In this document: positions 38,496 through 51,107 of the stretch, piece by piece
How the letters are laid out: every line of letters starts with the position of its first letter
How positions within the stretch are numbered: position 1 is the first letter of the stretch
Origin: Azolla caroliniana
Lineage: Eukaryota; Plantae; Polypodiophyta
Reading direction: 5' to 3'
Length of the DNA stretch: 64,000 nucleotides
Assembly: GCA_043228905.1 (NCBI GenBank)
Contig: JBHGNT010000010.1
Location: forward strand, 10,044,001 to 10,108,000
Notes under the pieces: model-generated
Seen by the model: the letters and a program-made list of their open reading frames with translations, nothing else
Database searches by the model: none
Told to the model about the DNA's origin: nothing
Made by a program: the position numbers and the translations under genes

Positions 38496-41400
38496 TCATC
38501 GTAGCCGAAATCTCACTTCTTCTCTTCTTGGCACATACCGGAGGACGTGCGGTTTGGTGGGGGTGGATGTCGTGAAGATTTTCGGCAATAGTGTGAAAAT
38601 CCTATAAAACGTACGAAATCGAGTATGAATCACGTGGTACAATAATTGTGAAGATAACATTTTAAATAGATTTAATATCTAAGTACAAAATGATGGAGGT
38701 TTCGAATGCACTTTATTACACGAGAAACGGACAACTAAATGTCAAGATATGAGGGTATAAAGTTTGTAAAAGGAAAGGAGAAAATTGTGAGATATCCCAC
38801 ATAGGCACGACAAATACAGCTCTCATCATATATAAGGTGGAGCAAAAGATATTATCATTGTGTCTATGTGTGGAGCATAGAGAGTTCAAGGTAACTTGAA
38901 CTAAGAGTGGAGGTGGGCTAGCTACTCGTAAAGGGTTTTGGCCAACCAAAACCGGACCGGCGATGGATACGGTGATTCGACGAGGCACCGGTATCCAGCG
39001 GCGGCATCCGGCGAACCGGCGTCCGGTGACTAGATAAATAAATATATAAATATATATACATATTTACATATACAAGGAGGGCAAGTAAGGATTCGAACCT
39101 TGCACCTCCAAGTTAGGAGTCAAATGGCTTACCATTAAGCCATGGTATTTAGTTAAAATTATATTTCTATCATTGTACTTTTACATGTAAATTCTCATAC
39201 ATGAGAGCTAAAATGAGTGACATGGTTAGCATGGACCACATGTAATACTTAAGCGCCAAATGGCAAACATGCAATTTATGCATGTCTTGTACCCTCACAT
39301 GCATGAGAGCATCTATAAAAGAGGGAAGGGGGAGGAGAAAAAGGACGGTTTTTTTTATGAAAATTAAGAAGAAGAATTTCGTTATCAAATCAATCGTGTA
39401 ATCTCATCTTCTCTCTTTCCCAATCTATCTTAAGTACTTTCTCGCCAAAGCTTGTATCGACTCTAAATCCTTCTTGTCCAGAACCCCGGCGGTTCCACCT
39501 CACGATCCGCGCGTAGTGACGGATCTTCACGACAGCGGTCCCAACAAAGCTTTCGGGGAGATTGCTCGTATATTGATGGAGTATGTGTTCATGCATACGA
39601 ACCCGACGAGCATGCCGTAGAACAAGGCAGCCATCATCATCAACGCGTATGAAGGAAACAGAGTCGATTGGGGAATCATCACAGGCGAAGGACTCCGCGC
39701 TACCTTAGTCTCATTCCAGTGAGGTAAGAAGATGTTGTCTGTTCTTACCCACTTTTTGATGGTTCTATACCCACCCTCTTCTCTTCCTTCCCCTCGGACA
39801 CTCACGCCCCCACCACCACCACGATGGCAGAGAGAGAAATTGGTTGCCATCAGCCATGAAGCATGGAAGGAGCCCCCACCACCTTCACCTCCTGCCGCTG
39901 ACCAAAACCCCGCATCGGCACCACCACCCACCCAACCCCAACAAAAAAGGGCAGTTTCCGAGACCTGCCAAGAATGGGAGGAGGAGATAGCCACGGAGGA
40001 CAACACGGCAGACGATGTCACCATTCGACAGCCAACGCCGCGTCCCTTGGTAACTCCCCCAGAGCCTAGCCCACACCCAACACACAGCAGGCAGCACCAC
40101 CACGACCCCAGAAAAGGAAGCAGGCGGAGGAAATGACACCACCGGCCCCGGAACCCCAAACCCAGCCGAGCAAGAAAAGACGACTCAACCGAAAGTCCTC
40201 GGCAGAATAGAAAGAGCCACAACAGGAGCAAACCTTAGTTGTCAGCCAGAGCAACCTGGCCATCATCCCTGAGGAGGCATCGCTGAACCAGGGAAAGATC
40301 GAGCATGGGCAGACAATGCAGATCTCGGAGGATGAAGTCCTCGGTTATAAAGACCTCCCTGCGGAGGCATACAAGTTTAGCTTGCTCCTACGCCTCGGTA
40401 CGACATTCGAGTTGTTCAACTTCCTCACCAGAGCCCAAGTCACGACAACCGCTCGAATGGCGAAAGAGCACGCCGAAACAAAAATGATTCAACGCGCACT
40501 ATTAGGTGAAATTGAGCCCAAGGACGATAGGGCTTTACAAAAAATAGGGAGGAAGAAGCAGGCAAAACAGGCCGCTCTCCTCATGGAGGTCCCCGAGTTG
40601 AACACGACCCTTATCGAGGCATATAGGGACCTGGATCGCACTACGCGGGCAGCCAAAGACATGGCCCGAAAGATAAAAACAACCCAAAAATAGGCTAAGG
40701 TGGCTACGGAATTATGGCACGCTGCGAAATGGAAACTAGCAGCCTGGGAGCAAAACCGGCCGTAACAACAACTCTTGAGCCTTCCGGCCACGACCACCGA
40801 GACCCTCCCAACCCCTCCACGCATAACAATGATAGATGAAAGCACCGTCACGGATTCAATCCTGATGATCCAGGCCAGCACACTAACGGACTCGTTACAA
40901 ATGGTCGATGCCTGCACAACAACCGAGGTGGCCACGCCCATGGAGAAGACCGAGATACCACCCCCTCGTCCACCCAAGGAGGTGGCAACCCAGACAGAAC
41001 CCCTGCTCCGGGATTACCGAGGGGAGCTTAAAGAAGAACAACGGCGGACCGAGAGACACGAACAACGGCATCAAGAGGCCATGGCTCGCTTAAAAGAATA
41101 AGCTTCCAAATAGATGGCCGAGATTAGAGCCCAAGCCAACCAAAGGATACACGAGTAGAACGAAGCACTGGGCCGGGTACAAGCGCAAGCCGTGGGCAAA
41201 GAAGCAGAACTCAAAAGCAATCTGGAGGAATACACGGCCATAGTGGCAGAGAAAGAGAAGGAGGTCCTAGACCTACAGGTTGCGCTCGACAATGTGAAAG
41301 ACTGGAACCACCGGCAGGAGGAAAGAAATCACCAACGGGAGGAGAGAATGATAGCGGAGAATGCCGAGCTGCAGAGTCAGCGTACGACCCTTAAAGAAAT

Positions 41401-42440
41401 GGTTGATGAGTTTTTCATCAAATGCAAGCTACTTTCGGAGAAAAAAGACGAATTATCTGATTCCTACTTCGCCCTCCAAGAAGAGAGAATCGTCGAACGG
41501 GAACAAGTCCGGGCCGCGTGTCAAAAAGAATGGGAGAAAGCTACCGAAGAGCTCGCCAAGCACTACGAGCAGTCTATCCAGCTCGTAACCGCGGACGCAA
41601 AGAACACTCAAGCCACCTATGAACTACTCGCGAAGAAGCTTCAGGCCGAGGTCAACGGCTTAAAAGAGGAATTGGCAGCCGTCCGAGCACAGCCCGACAT
41701 GGATGAGACACGCATCAGAATACTGATCGAGAAACAGTGCCAACACCTCACCAAAAAGGTCGAGGAAACATTAAGTCGCGTAGGAGAAGAATGGGCAGCC
41801 CAAGCTACCGAATTGCATATTTTACGTGCCGACGCCGAGAACCGACGGAAGGAGGGCCACAACTTTTACAAAATGGACGAAGCCAGCATACAAAACCTCC
41901 GTGCAGATTTAACCGAGGATTACCAGTCCTTGGCAAAATATCACACCGCGGCAATCGAGCAAAGGCTGGAGGACTTCAATGACGATCAGATGTTGTTTCG
42001 CCTGGAAGCAGCAGCCCTCGAACGAGAACGACTCGCAGCCATCCCAACCAGCCCTCCAACAGCCACAGAGCAGAAGGAAGAACCTCCCAGCGAGGAGATC
42101 ACGGACACGGCACAGGAGGAACTCGCCCCGGCCAACATACCTCTCGAGGACGCCCACACGGTACCAGATCCAGTCGAAGTAGAGGTCAGCGCCCTCGAAC
42201 CCACACCACCACCAGAAGAATCGGCCACACTTGAGACGGACGCCCGAGAGGATATGACACCCTCGGACCAAACTCAACCCCCCGCACCGACAGTCCAACC
42301 AGACCACCCTGCCACCACCCTGGACCCCGAAAACATCCTCGACATCTTAGAAGAGGAATGAAACGAGGATCACGCCTAAAAGGCAATTTTTGTAATGTTG
42401 TTAGTATTTTGTAAGTCGTGGGTCCGACGGACAAGGTCCT

Positions 42441-42457
42441 GTCCCATGGGCGTGCCA
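42441..42457 (+). promoter_or_regulatory. Inverted PBS (tRNA-Arg 3'-end mimic) at the PPT position of G
   Basis: gtcccatgggcgtgcca ends in CCA 2 nt before the 3' LTR; its last 10 nt are the exact complement of PBS tggcacgccc; no purine tract is present. Confidence 0.8.
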
Positions 42458-43889
42458 GGTGTTGTCCAGAGGACAGAAATGTAGAATTAGGAAATTAGCA
42501 AACGGCGGTAGTGTAACCGAGTAGGAAAGAACGCCAGCGAGCGCCAAGTCCGAGTATCACGGGCCACCAACGGCTCGGCTGTGTATTAGGGGAAACATTA
42601 TTTAAACAAGGTCGAGTACCTCAGAGGGAGGGGGGAGAAAAAAAGGATAGGCGGAAGCACTAGCAAATTCCATCGTAATTAGATACTATTGTAAGGTCAC
42701 CGGCCATAAGCCGCACTCTGTAACCCTTTTGTTGTCGCATTAATACATATATGTTATTGTGTCCATCTGGCTCCATGAGTCTGTGTTTTCTCTCGGGTTT
42801 CTGAATTAAGCGCCATCCACACCTATCAAGATCTCACTAGTGTTCCATCTCGGATTATTTTCTACCTCATGACGCCTTTGTTTACGAGCCTTCACGTAAC
42901 ACATCCTTTGCTACCGGTAACCTCAGGTCTATCGAAGGTGTCACCCAAAGCAACGGGTAACACAATGCCTCCAACAAGTCCAATCCAAGTGGACCATATA
43001 TCCAAAAACGTCTTCTCATACTCGAGGTAGCACATTGGTGAAACCATACGCAATTGGAAAAGTTGTCTTCGTAGATCTGTCGCATCGCGAACGCCATATC
43101 TTGCCATTAGTTTGATGATGAATCGGTAGATCCAACCATCAATGAGTGGACAATTGTTCCTCCCGTTATACAGAAAGGATCGGCCCTCCCTAGAGCGCCA
43201 ATAATGATGAAGTAGGGATGATAGAAATGAGAGATAAGGAAGATAAACAAACCAAGGAAATATTATGGATGAAGGACTTCATCGGAGAGCTAGGGATCCG
43301 GCAAGAGGAATATCGACTCTACTGCGACAGTCAAAGTGCCATCCACCTTGCAAAGAACGCGGTGTATCATTCCAGGACGAAGCACATCCAGCGGAGGTAC
43401 CACTGGATCCGGGAGCGAGTAGAAGATCGAGAGTTCGTGCTGATGAAGATCCACATGGAGGAGAATTGGTCAAATATGCTGACCAAAGTGCCGACACCCG
43501 ACAAGATGGACGCATGCTGGAAGTATATCGGATTGACGAGGCATCCCATGCTGGAGGGAAGGGGGAGTTTGTTAGGATTTTGGTCCCTCCGAATGGGATG
43601 ATGAAGGCCCGGTGAGAACCGGATGATGCAGATCCGGTGAGAACCGGATGAGGAGTACCCGGCAAGGAAAACCCGGTGATAACCGGATGACGCAGGCCCG
43701 GTGAGAACCTCTCACTGGATGAAGGGACATATATGGAAATATGTTTCTGAGAACCCATTGGGGCTACATCTGTAAATAGTCCTAAAGTCATATTAGTATA
43801 AATATGACCTAGGGCAAACAGAGTTGTATTAGAAGAGTTGTCATTATTTTGTATAGAGTTATTGGTGTAACTGTTCTACAGAGCATAGT

Positions 43890-43935
<46 letters not shown>

Positions 43936-43939
43936 AGTG

Positions 43940-46900
43940 TGTTGACGAGAAATATGCGGAATAATCTCCAGCCACAACTGAAGCGTAGATCACTTGATGA
44001 CAATCAAACACAGAAGAAATGGGAATGGAGGTAAGTACACAAACAGAAAGAGATTACACAGGATGTTAACGTGGAAAACCCTGAGAGGGAAAAACCACGG
44101 GAGTCCACAGACTCCAAACTATCATTATGTCAAGGAGCACAACATGGAGCACAGAGGCAACGACCTCTTACTCACAATGTTCGCCTGGCTTTCCACATCT
44201 CTTTGATCGAGCCCAATCTTTGCATGATTTCCTCTCACAACCACAATGTGCACTCTCGATTGCAACATTCATTGGTAAAGTTCTTGAACATCGAGAGTCA
44301 CTACTCACTTTCACACGTATCACGTGAAATGTAATATTTTTGGTCTCATAGGTCATATTTGACCTCCGAAGACGATAATATAATCTATCTATCTATCTAT
44401 CTATCTCTTTGTACAATCATTACACCAATAATACTATATTATATATAACACACTGTTTGCCCTAGGTCACATTTATACTAATATGACATTAGGACTTTTT
44501 GTAGATATAGCCCCAATGGGCTCTCAGAAACATATCTACATATATGTCCTTTCATCCGGTGAGAGGTTCTCACCGGGACTGCAACATCCGGTTCTCACCA
44601 GGTCTTCCTTGCCAGGTACTCGTCATCTGGTTCTCACCGGGTATGCATCATCCGGTTGTCACACGGTCTTCCTTGTCGGGTACTCGTCATCCGGTTCTCA
44701 CCGGGTCTGCATCATTTGGTTCTCACCGGGTCTTCCTATGCCGGGCCTTCGTATCCCATCCGGAGGGACCAAGATCCTAACAAACTCCCCCTTCACTCTG
44801 GCATGGGATACCTCGTCAATCCGATCCACTTCCGGCATGCGTCTAGCTTGTCGGGCGTCAGCACCTTGGTCATCATATCCGACCCGTTCTCCTCCGTGTG
44901 GATCTTCATCATATCCGCCTTCTCTGCCTTTGTCTTCGAGCTTTGCTTACTGGATAACCGACAGTTTTCCAGAAGTGTCGATCTGACCGGTTTCGCATTT
45001 GACATGTTGAACCGCTGAAGCACCTTTGTGACGTACTTCTCCTGTGACAGGCACAATTGCTTCATTGGCCGGTCCCGGATGATATGCATCCCCAACATCT
45101 GTCTTGTTGAACCTAAGTCTTTCATTGAGAAGGTCTGGTTCAGGGCCTTCTTCAGCATCCGTATCTTGACTTGGTCTCGTCCGACGATCAACATGTCGTC
45201 CACATACAAGAGGAGTATCAGGAAGTCTCCACCTTCGAACTTCTTCACAAATACGCAGTGATCGGCCTGCGTCTTGTGGTACCCTTGATCAGTCATGAAG
45301 GAGTCGAACGTCCAGCACCATTGCCGGGGAGCCTACTTCAACCCGTAGAGGCTCTTTTTTAACCGGCAAACCAAGTGCTCCTTCCCTTTCTTCACAAATC
45401 CCTCTGGTTGCTGCCTGTAGATCTCCTCTTCGAGGTCGTCGTGGAGGAACGCCGTCTTCACGTCTAACTGCTCTACCTCGAGGTCCATGGTTGCCGCTAT
45501 GCTCAACATCGTCCGGATGGAATTCATCTTTACTACCGAGGCAAATATCTCGTTGAAGTCCACGCCCTTCTTCTGCTGGAACCCCTTCACCACGATCCTG
45601 GCTTTGTACCTTGGAGGGTTGTCGGCATCTCCCGGTTTCAACTTGTACACCCACTTGCTTCAATGTGCCCTCTTTTCTTTCGGTAACTCCACCAATTCAT
45701 ACGTGTGGTTCTCATGCAGGGAATCCATCTCGTCCTGCATGGCACTCAACCACTTGTTGTTATGGGTGTCATCCTTCGCTTCTTCGAAGCTTTCCGGCTC
45801 CCCCTCATCGGTCAGCAGCACATGCTCTCCATCCGAAAATCTCTGAGAGGCCCTTCTCTCTCTGAGAGGATATCTCCGTCTTTGTCTTTCGGCAACCGGT
45901 TCCTCTATTTGTTCTTCATCCGAATCCGATTCGGGGTCTTGGCCGGTTCCGGTTTTAACTTCCTCTACTTCTTCTTTTGCCGGTTTGGTATCCTTACCGT
46001 AACCGGTTGGTTCCTCGAGTGTCAACCGGCTCTTAGCCGGGTGGGTCTGAATCTCATCGGAGTTCATTATCTTCTTCTCCGACTCCCAGTCGGCAAGAGT
46101 CTTGTCCTCCATGAAGATAATATCTTAGCTCCGGAAAACCTTCTTGTCAACCAGATCCCACACTCGGTAGCCGAAGTCATCATCGCCGTATCCAAGGAAT
46201 ATGCATGGCCGGGTCTTTGGATCCAACTTTCCTCTCCGGTCCTTAGCAACATGCACGTACGCGAAACACCCGAACACCTTCAAATGCCGGTAGGACACTT
46301 CCTTACTGGTCCACACCTTTTGCGGCGTGTCTCCATCCAAGGGCACTGAGGGTGATCTGTTTATCACATACGTCGCTGTCGACAGCGCCTCAGCCCAAAA
46401 TGTCTTGGGTAGTTTAGCATTTGCTCCTGGTATTCACCTCCGTTATCTGCTCGAACCGCCTTCAGCTTCTGGCCGGTTTCTCTTTCCACTCTTGCGTGGA
46501 GCTCCTTGAAGACGGATAACACATGATCCTTTGTCTTCAACGGTGTGGCCCATAGCTTCCAGTTGTGGTCATCTATGAGCGTCACAAAGTATTGTGATCC
46601 GGCATGTGACTTCATGTCCACTTGACACACATCGGTATGCACCAATTCCAATGGTGCATTACGTCTCATCGGTGGCCTTGATTGGAAGGAGGTTTGGTTT
46701 TGCTTACCGGCTAGGCAGTCGGTGCACCTCTCAAGATGCATGTTCTTCACCGGAATGAGGTTGTCATCGGCAAGCCTCTTCCTCCCCTTCACGCTCATGT
46801 GACATAGTCTCTTGTGCCACAGCTCACCGGCAGTGTCAAAAGCCACGTTCACTTCTTCTGGGCATAACCGGCCATTCATCAGGTACAACGTGTTGACCTT

Positions 46901-47667
46901 CCGGGCCCAAGACAATATTAGGCTCCCTTTGTTGAATTTTATGACTCTGTTCCGGATGCTACCCATGTAGCCTTCATCATCTACCCCTGGAAGGCATTCA
47001 TGTGCTCCGCCATGCTGGAGCCATCTTGGTACCGAAATCTTACTAGCTTCCAAAATACCGAAACCTGATTAACAACATTTTTGTTCTGAAACATAATGCG
47101 GATCTTCTCCCAGAGCTCATGAGCCTTGCTCTCTTCATTGAAGTTGTTGTATAGACTCATGTTGATGAAGCACCGTCTGTACGCCATTGTCTGCATGTGC
47201 ATCACCTCCCATATCGTGGTATCGATTTTGTCTGGTCTCTTGTCCCTGAACTGAACCGGCAACCAAAGATCTTTAACCACGAGCATGTCCCTCATCTTCG
47301 ACTTCTACACTCAGTAGTTGGAGCTGGTGAGCTTGAACATGCCTTCCAATGAATCGTCCATTTTTCTGTGTCGTTTCGCTCTGATACCAGTTTGACGAGA
47401 AATATGCGGAATAATCTCTGGCCACAACCGAAGTGTAGATCACTTGATGACAATCAAACACAGAAGAAATGGGAATGGAGGTAAGTACACAAACAGAAAG
47501 AGAATACACAGGATGTTAACGGGGAAAACCCTGAGAGGGTAAAACCATGGGAGTCCACAAACTCCAAACGATCACTATGTCAAGGAGTACAACAAGGAGC
47601 ACAAAGGCAACGACCTCTTACTCACAATGTTCGCCTGGCGGCGGTTACAACAGAGACATGCTCTGTA

Positions 47668-47709
<42 letters not shown>

Positions 47710-48028
47710 CAATCGTTACACCAATAATACTATATGATATATAACACACTGTTTTCCCTAGGTCACATTTATACTAATATGACATTAGGACTATTTACAG
47801 ATATAGCCCCAATGGGCTCTCAGAAACATATCTACATATATGTCCCTTCATCCGGTGAGAGGTTCTCACTAGGCCTACAACATCTGGTTCTCACTGAGTC
47901 TTCCTTCCCGGGTACTCATCATCCGGTTCTCACCGGGTCTTCCTTGCCGGGTACTCGTCATCCGGTTCCTACCGGGTCTTCCTATGTCGGGCCTTCGTAT
48001 CCCATCCAGAGGGACCGAGATCCTAACA
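43940..48028 (-). mobile_element. Element I: internally deleted Tnt1/Tork-like Copia (LTRs 43940-44782 and ~47390-48028) inserted in the J LTR
   Basis: PBS tggtatcagagc (reverse complement at 47378-47389); LWHKRLCH; LELVHTDVC; RYKARIVVKGF; LLLYVDDML; PPT adjacent to the left LTR. Confidence 0.9.
44188..44406 (+). mobile_element. 3'-terminal fragment of the K LINE family inside one LTR of I
   Basis: Near-identical to 59532-59742, including the (ATCT)n tail; absent from the other I LTR. Confidence 0.92.
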
Positions 48029-48313
48029 TGTGTCTCTGTTGTATCCGCCGCCAGGCGAAGAGTGTGAGGATGAGATCTTTGCCTCTCTGTTCCTCTGTTG
48101 TATTCTCCTTACATAGTGATAGTTCAGAATTTGTGGGCTCCCGTGGTTTTTCCCATTTTGGGTTTTCCACTTAAACATATTGTGTACTCTCTTTCAGTGT
48201 TTTGTGTATACGTGCATCTATCTCCACATTCCCATTTCTGTGTTTGTAATTCTCAACGAAGTGATCGAAGACTCGGTTGTGGCTGAGCATTATTCCGCAT
48301 ATTCTTTTCAATC

Positions 48314-50160
48314 TTTCCCTTCCTTCCCATGGGTAGTCCTCATAATCACTTCTTTCCTTTCTTCTTTATAAGTAATAACCATCCAGTTTAACACAATATC
48401 ATCTTCTTCGATACCAACCTCAATGTTAATTGTACTTACATCATCATCATCCTTTGAGTTAAGTATATCTTTAATCACCAAATCATTTATCACAAGATAA
48501 CCATCATATTCAATATCATTTACCCTAAACTCATCCTTCCCACACACACTCACAACACCAACATTATCATTATACACATCCCAAACCATCATAGCATTTT
48601 CTAGATTATCCTCGATATTACTCCTATGCTTCCCACACATACTCGCAACATCAACATCATCATTGACACATCCCCAATAACATTTTCTAGATTTTTCTTA
48701 CTTTTACTCATGTGATCATTATGTAACCCCACATCATCATGTACATATTTTTGTAAAACGTCCTCATCGTCACAAACCCCTATTCTATTTTCATAATGGA
48801 TGCCCTCATGAATGTCACCATTTGATCTAGTGAAACTCTTATAAAATCTATCCCGAAGAAACAATGCAACCTAAAACACACAATTCCTCTTCGTCACTCT
48901 CACTCTCATCATTACTCTTATCATAACCATATCCATAGAAAGTGCACAACTTTTTATCATCATAACCCTCATTCTCACCCTCAATAATACACTCTTCCTT
49001 ACTATCATCAAGCCCTAAATCATGCATATCGTTATTATCATCACCGTCATTATGTTTAAATGTAAAGTTTTTGTCTCTTCCTAACTTCTTCTCTTGTTCG
49101 TGGCTCTCATTAAACCTATCATACTTGTCATCAAAATCTAAACCATGAGAGTCTTGATCCCAACTACACTCACCGTCATGACTTTCATCGAGTGCTTTTT
49201 CATTAGCACAACAATGAAGAGCTCGAGATTGATTCTTCCTCTTGTGTTTGCAGTAATCTTTGTCACGATCATAACCTTGTAGATCTCGAGTTTGTAATTA
49301 TCTTCGTCTTTGTCATAACCGTGCAGATCTTGATCTTTCTCCTCAAGCCCACGTTCTTTGTCACATGTCTCTTCATGACTGCATCCTTGAGTATCTTGGT
49401 TTTTCCCCTCGAACGCATGTTCTTCATTCCATGTCTCTTCATTATCGCATCCTTCTTGATCTTCCCTCTTGAGTCCACGTTCTTCGTCACATCTCTCTTC
49501 AAGATTGTATCCTTGAGTATCTTGGTCCTTCCACTTCATCCCACGTTCTTTGTTACATGTCTCTTCACGACCACATATTTGAGTATCTTGGTCTTTTCCC
49601 TTGAACCCACATTCTTTGTGGCACGTCTCTTCACGATCACATCCTTGAGTATCTTGGCCATTCCCCTCAAACGCATGGTCTTTGTTCCATGTCTCTTCAT
49701 TATCACATCCTTCTCGATCTTCCCTCTTGAGTCCATGTTCTTCATCACATGTTTCTCCTTTGTCGAGTTTGCAACGATCCTCGTAACAACCATAGGCATG
49801 TCGATCTCGATCTCTCTCTTCAAAACCTTGTTCTTCATCACATGTCTCTTCACAACCGCAACTACGCCGATCTCGATCATCTTCATCGTCGCCACCGTTG
49901 AGCAAACCATAAAAAGGTTGAGGCCCGAATCTTGATGTCAGAACCGCTTCGTACCAATCCGGAATTTCTGGATACAATCTTTCGACTTGCCTTGCCAACT
50001 TGAGATACTCCAACGCTCTATCCTTATCATCATGAAACATCATTTCAATGGCCTTCCTTACAAATGGAAGCATCATGAGCCTCGGACCACCTTCTATTCT
50101 TATCAACTCCTCTAAGTCGTATGCATCCAAGATCACATCCATCATTGGTGATGCCCCCAT
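48314..50160 (-). pseudogene. Element D ORF, proximal part: acidic protein with 20/22-aa tandem repeats
   Basis: ATG just after the PBS; about 8 units of EETCDEERG(L/F)..KDQDTQGC..; continues into D/E-rich frameshifted sequence. Confidence 0.7.
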
Positions 50161-51107
50161 TACAACTTTGTGTTGTTCACGTCGGGTTCACCAAATAGAT
50201 GTCGTGTGGCGCGTGACACATGTGCCAAACGTCGGGATGTGCGTGTCACAAACGCGGACAAGCACCGGGCCTCTATCCGCTAGAGGTTATGGAGGATCGA
50301 TGATGGGATTTCCGTGCCGACGGGTCGGTCCAACGGACCATTGAGGTATTTGACCGGGGGGAACAAATCAGGTGAGTTGTGCTTGTCGTCGGGTCGTCCT
50401 TTGTTGTCAAAGACGCACCTGAACCTAACTCAACGGTGTGGTGGATTGATGTGTAGGCGGCTGAAGTGACGCACTAATGTGGTTGAGAGTGAGAGAGAGA
50501 GAAAAGAAAATTGAGGAAGTGCTTAAGATAGATAGATAGATAGACGAATCAAAATTCCAATTTCGGGTTTGAACCCTTGACTTTAATTTAGAGAAACAAG
50601 ACACATTGCCAATGAGATAACTAAGATTTATTAATTATTATTGATTTCCTGATACAAATCTTGTTTGATTCATCGATCGATTCCCACTTATATAGATGCC
50701 CCCATGCATATGTGCATGTGAGGGTGTAAGACATGCATACAATGCATGAAATGCATGCGATGCATGATTGCCATTTGGCACTCATGCATCACATGTGATG
50801 CATGATGACCATGCACCTTATCCAAGCTCTCATGTATGAGCATTCACATGTGAAAAACATAATGATGATTTAAGGAAATAACTTAGCTTAATGGTAAGTC
50901 AGTTGTCTTCTATCTTGGAAGTGTAAGGTTCAATACTTGCACCCCTTCGTATGCTTGAAAATGCAAATAGGCTTTAGGTGTTTCATTACATTTATATTTA
51001 CAACATGCTAACGTATGAGTGTAACCATCACCCCTTTCATTCGTGTGCACATTACACCTTCTCGATTCCACGCGATTTTCACACCGTTGCTGAAAATCTT
51101 CACGACA

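Larger units (their letters stand above)
32279..39534 (+). mobile_element. Element F: tRNA-Trp-primed Ty3/Gypsy, near-identical LTRs (32279-33237 and 38568-39534), TSD gcgg
   Basis: PBS tggtgaacccgacgtgaa at 33246-33263; PPT ggtttggtgggggtgga; gcgg at 32275-32278 and 39535-39538. Confidence 0.96.
32007..42361 (+). pseudogene. Element G extra 3' sense ORF (~1030 codons; 32007-32278 plus 39539-42361), proline-rich and coiled-coil, split by F
   Basis: ccaccATG at 32007; the frame ...KAYRTYGG|PNKAFGEIARILMEY joins across F; long E/K/Q/A-rich helical C-terminal half; scattered premature stops. Confidence 0.75.
25726..42962 (+). mobile_element. Element G: non-chromovirus Ty3/Gypsy (Athila/Tat-related group), LTRs 25726-26228 and 42460-42962, TSD caacg/caatg
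   Basis: Matching 503-bp LTRs TGTTG...TAACA; PBS tggcacgcccggt at 26234-26246 (tRNA-Arg type). Confidence 0.93.
43255..48313 (+). mobile_element. Element J: Copia 3' remnant (RNase H end, PPT, 3' LTR 43570-43939 plus 48029-~48313)
   Basis: LYCDSQSAIHLAKN.VYHSRTKHI; PPT gagggaagggggag; the LTR is similar to the reverse complement of the I LTR. Confidence 0.85.
14458..51107 (-). mobile_element. Element D: tRNA-Trp-primed Gypsy-type LTR element (LTRs ~14458-15332 and 50200-51107)
   Basis: Matching LTRs; PBS tggtgaacccgacgtgaa (reverse complement at 50176-50193); PPT-like cggtttggtggcggtggc; integrase 3' remnant KFARRWF...ELDGSRLAIPI at ~15480-15610, similar to F. Confidence 0.88.

Noticed and set aside
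39527-40231. Gly-rich antisense ORFs in G, and similar overlapping ORFs in H and F
   Set aside because: Shadows of GC-rich or Pro-rich sense frames; no independent motifs.
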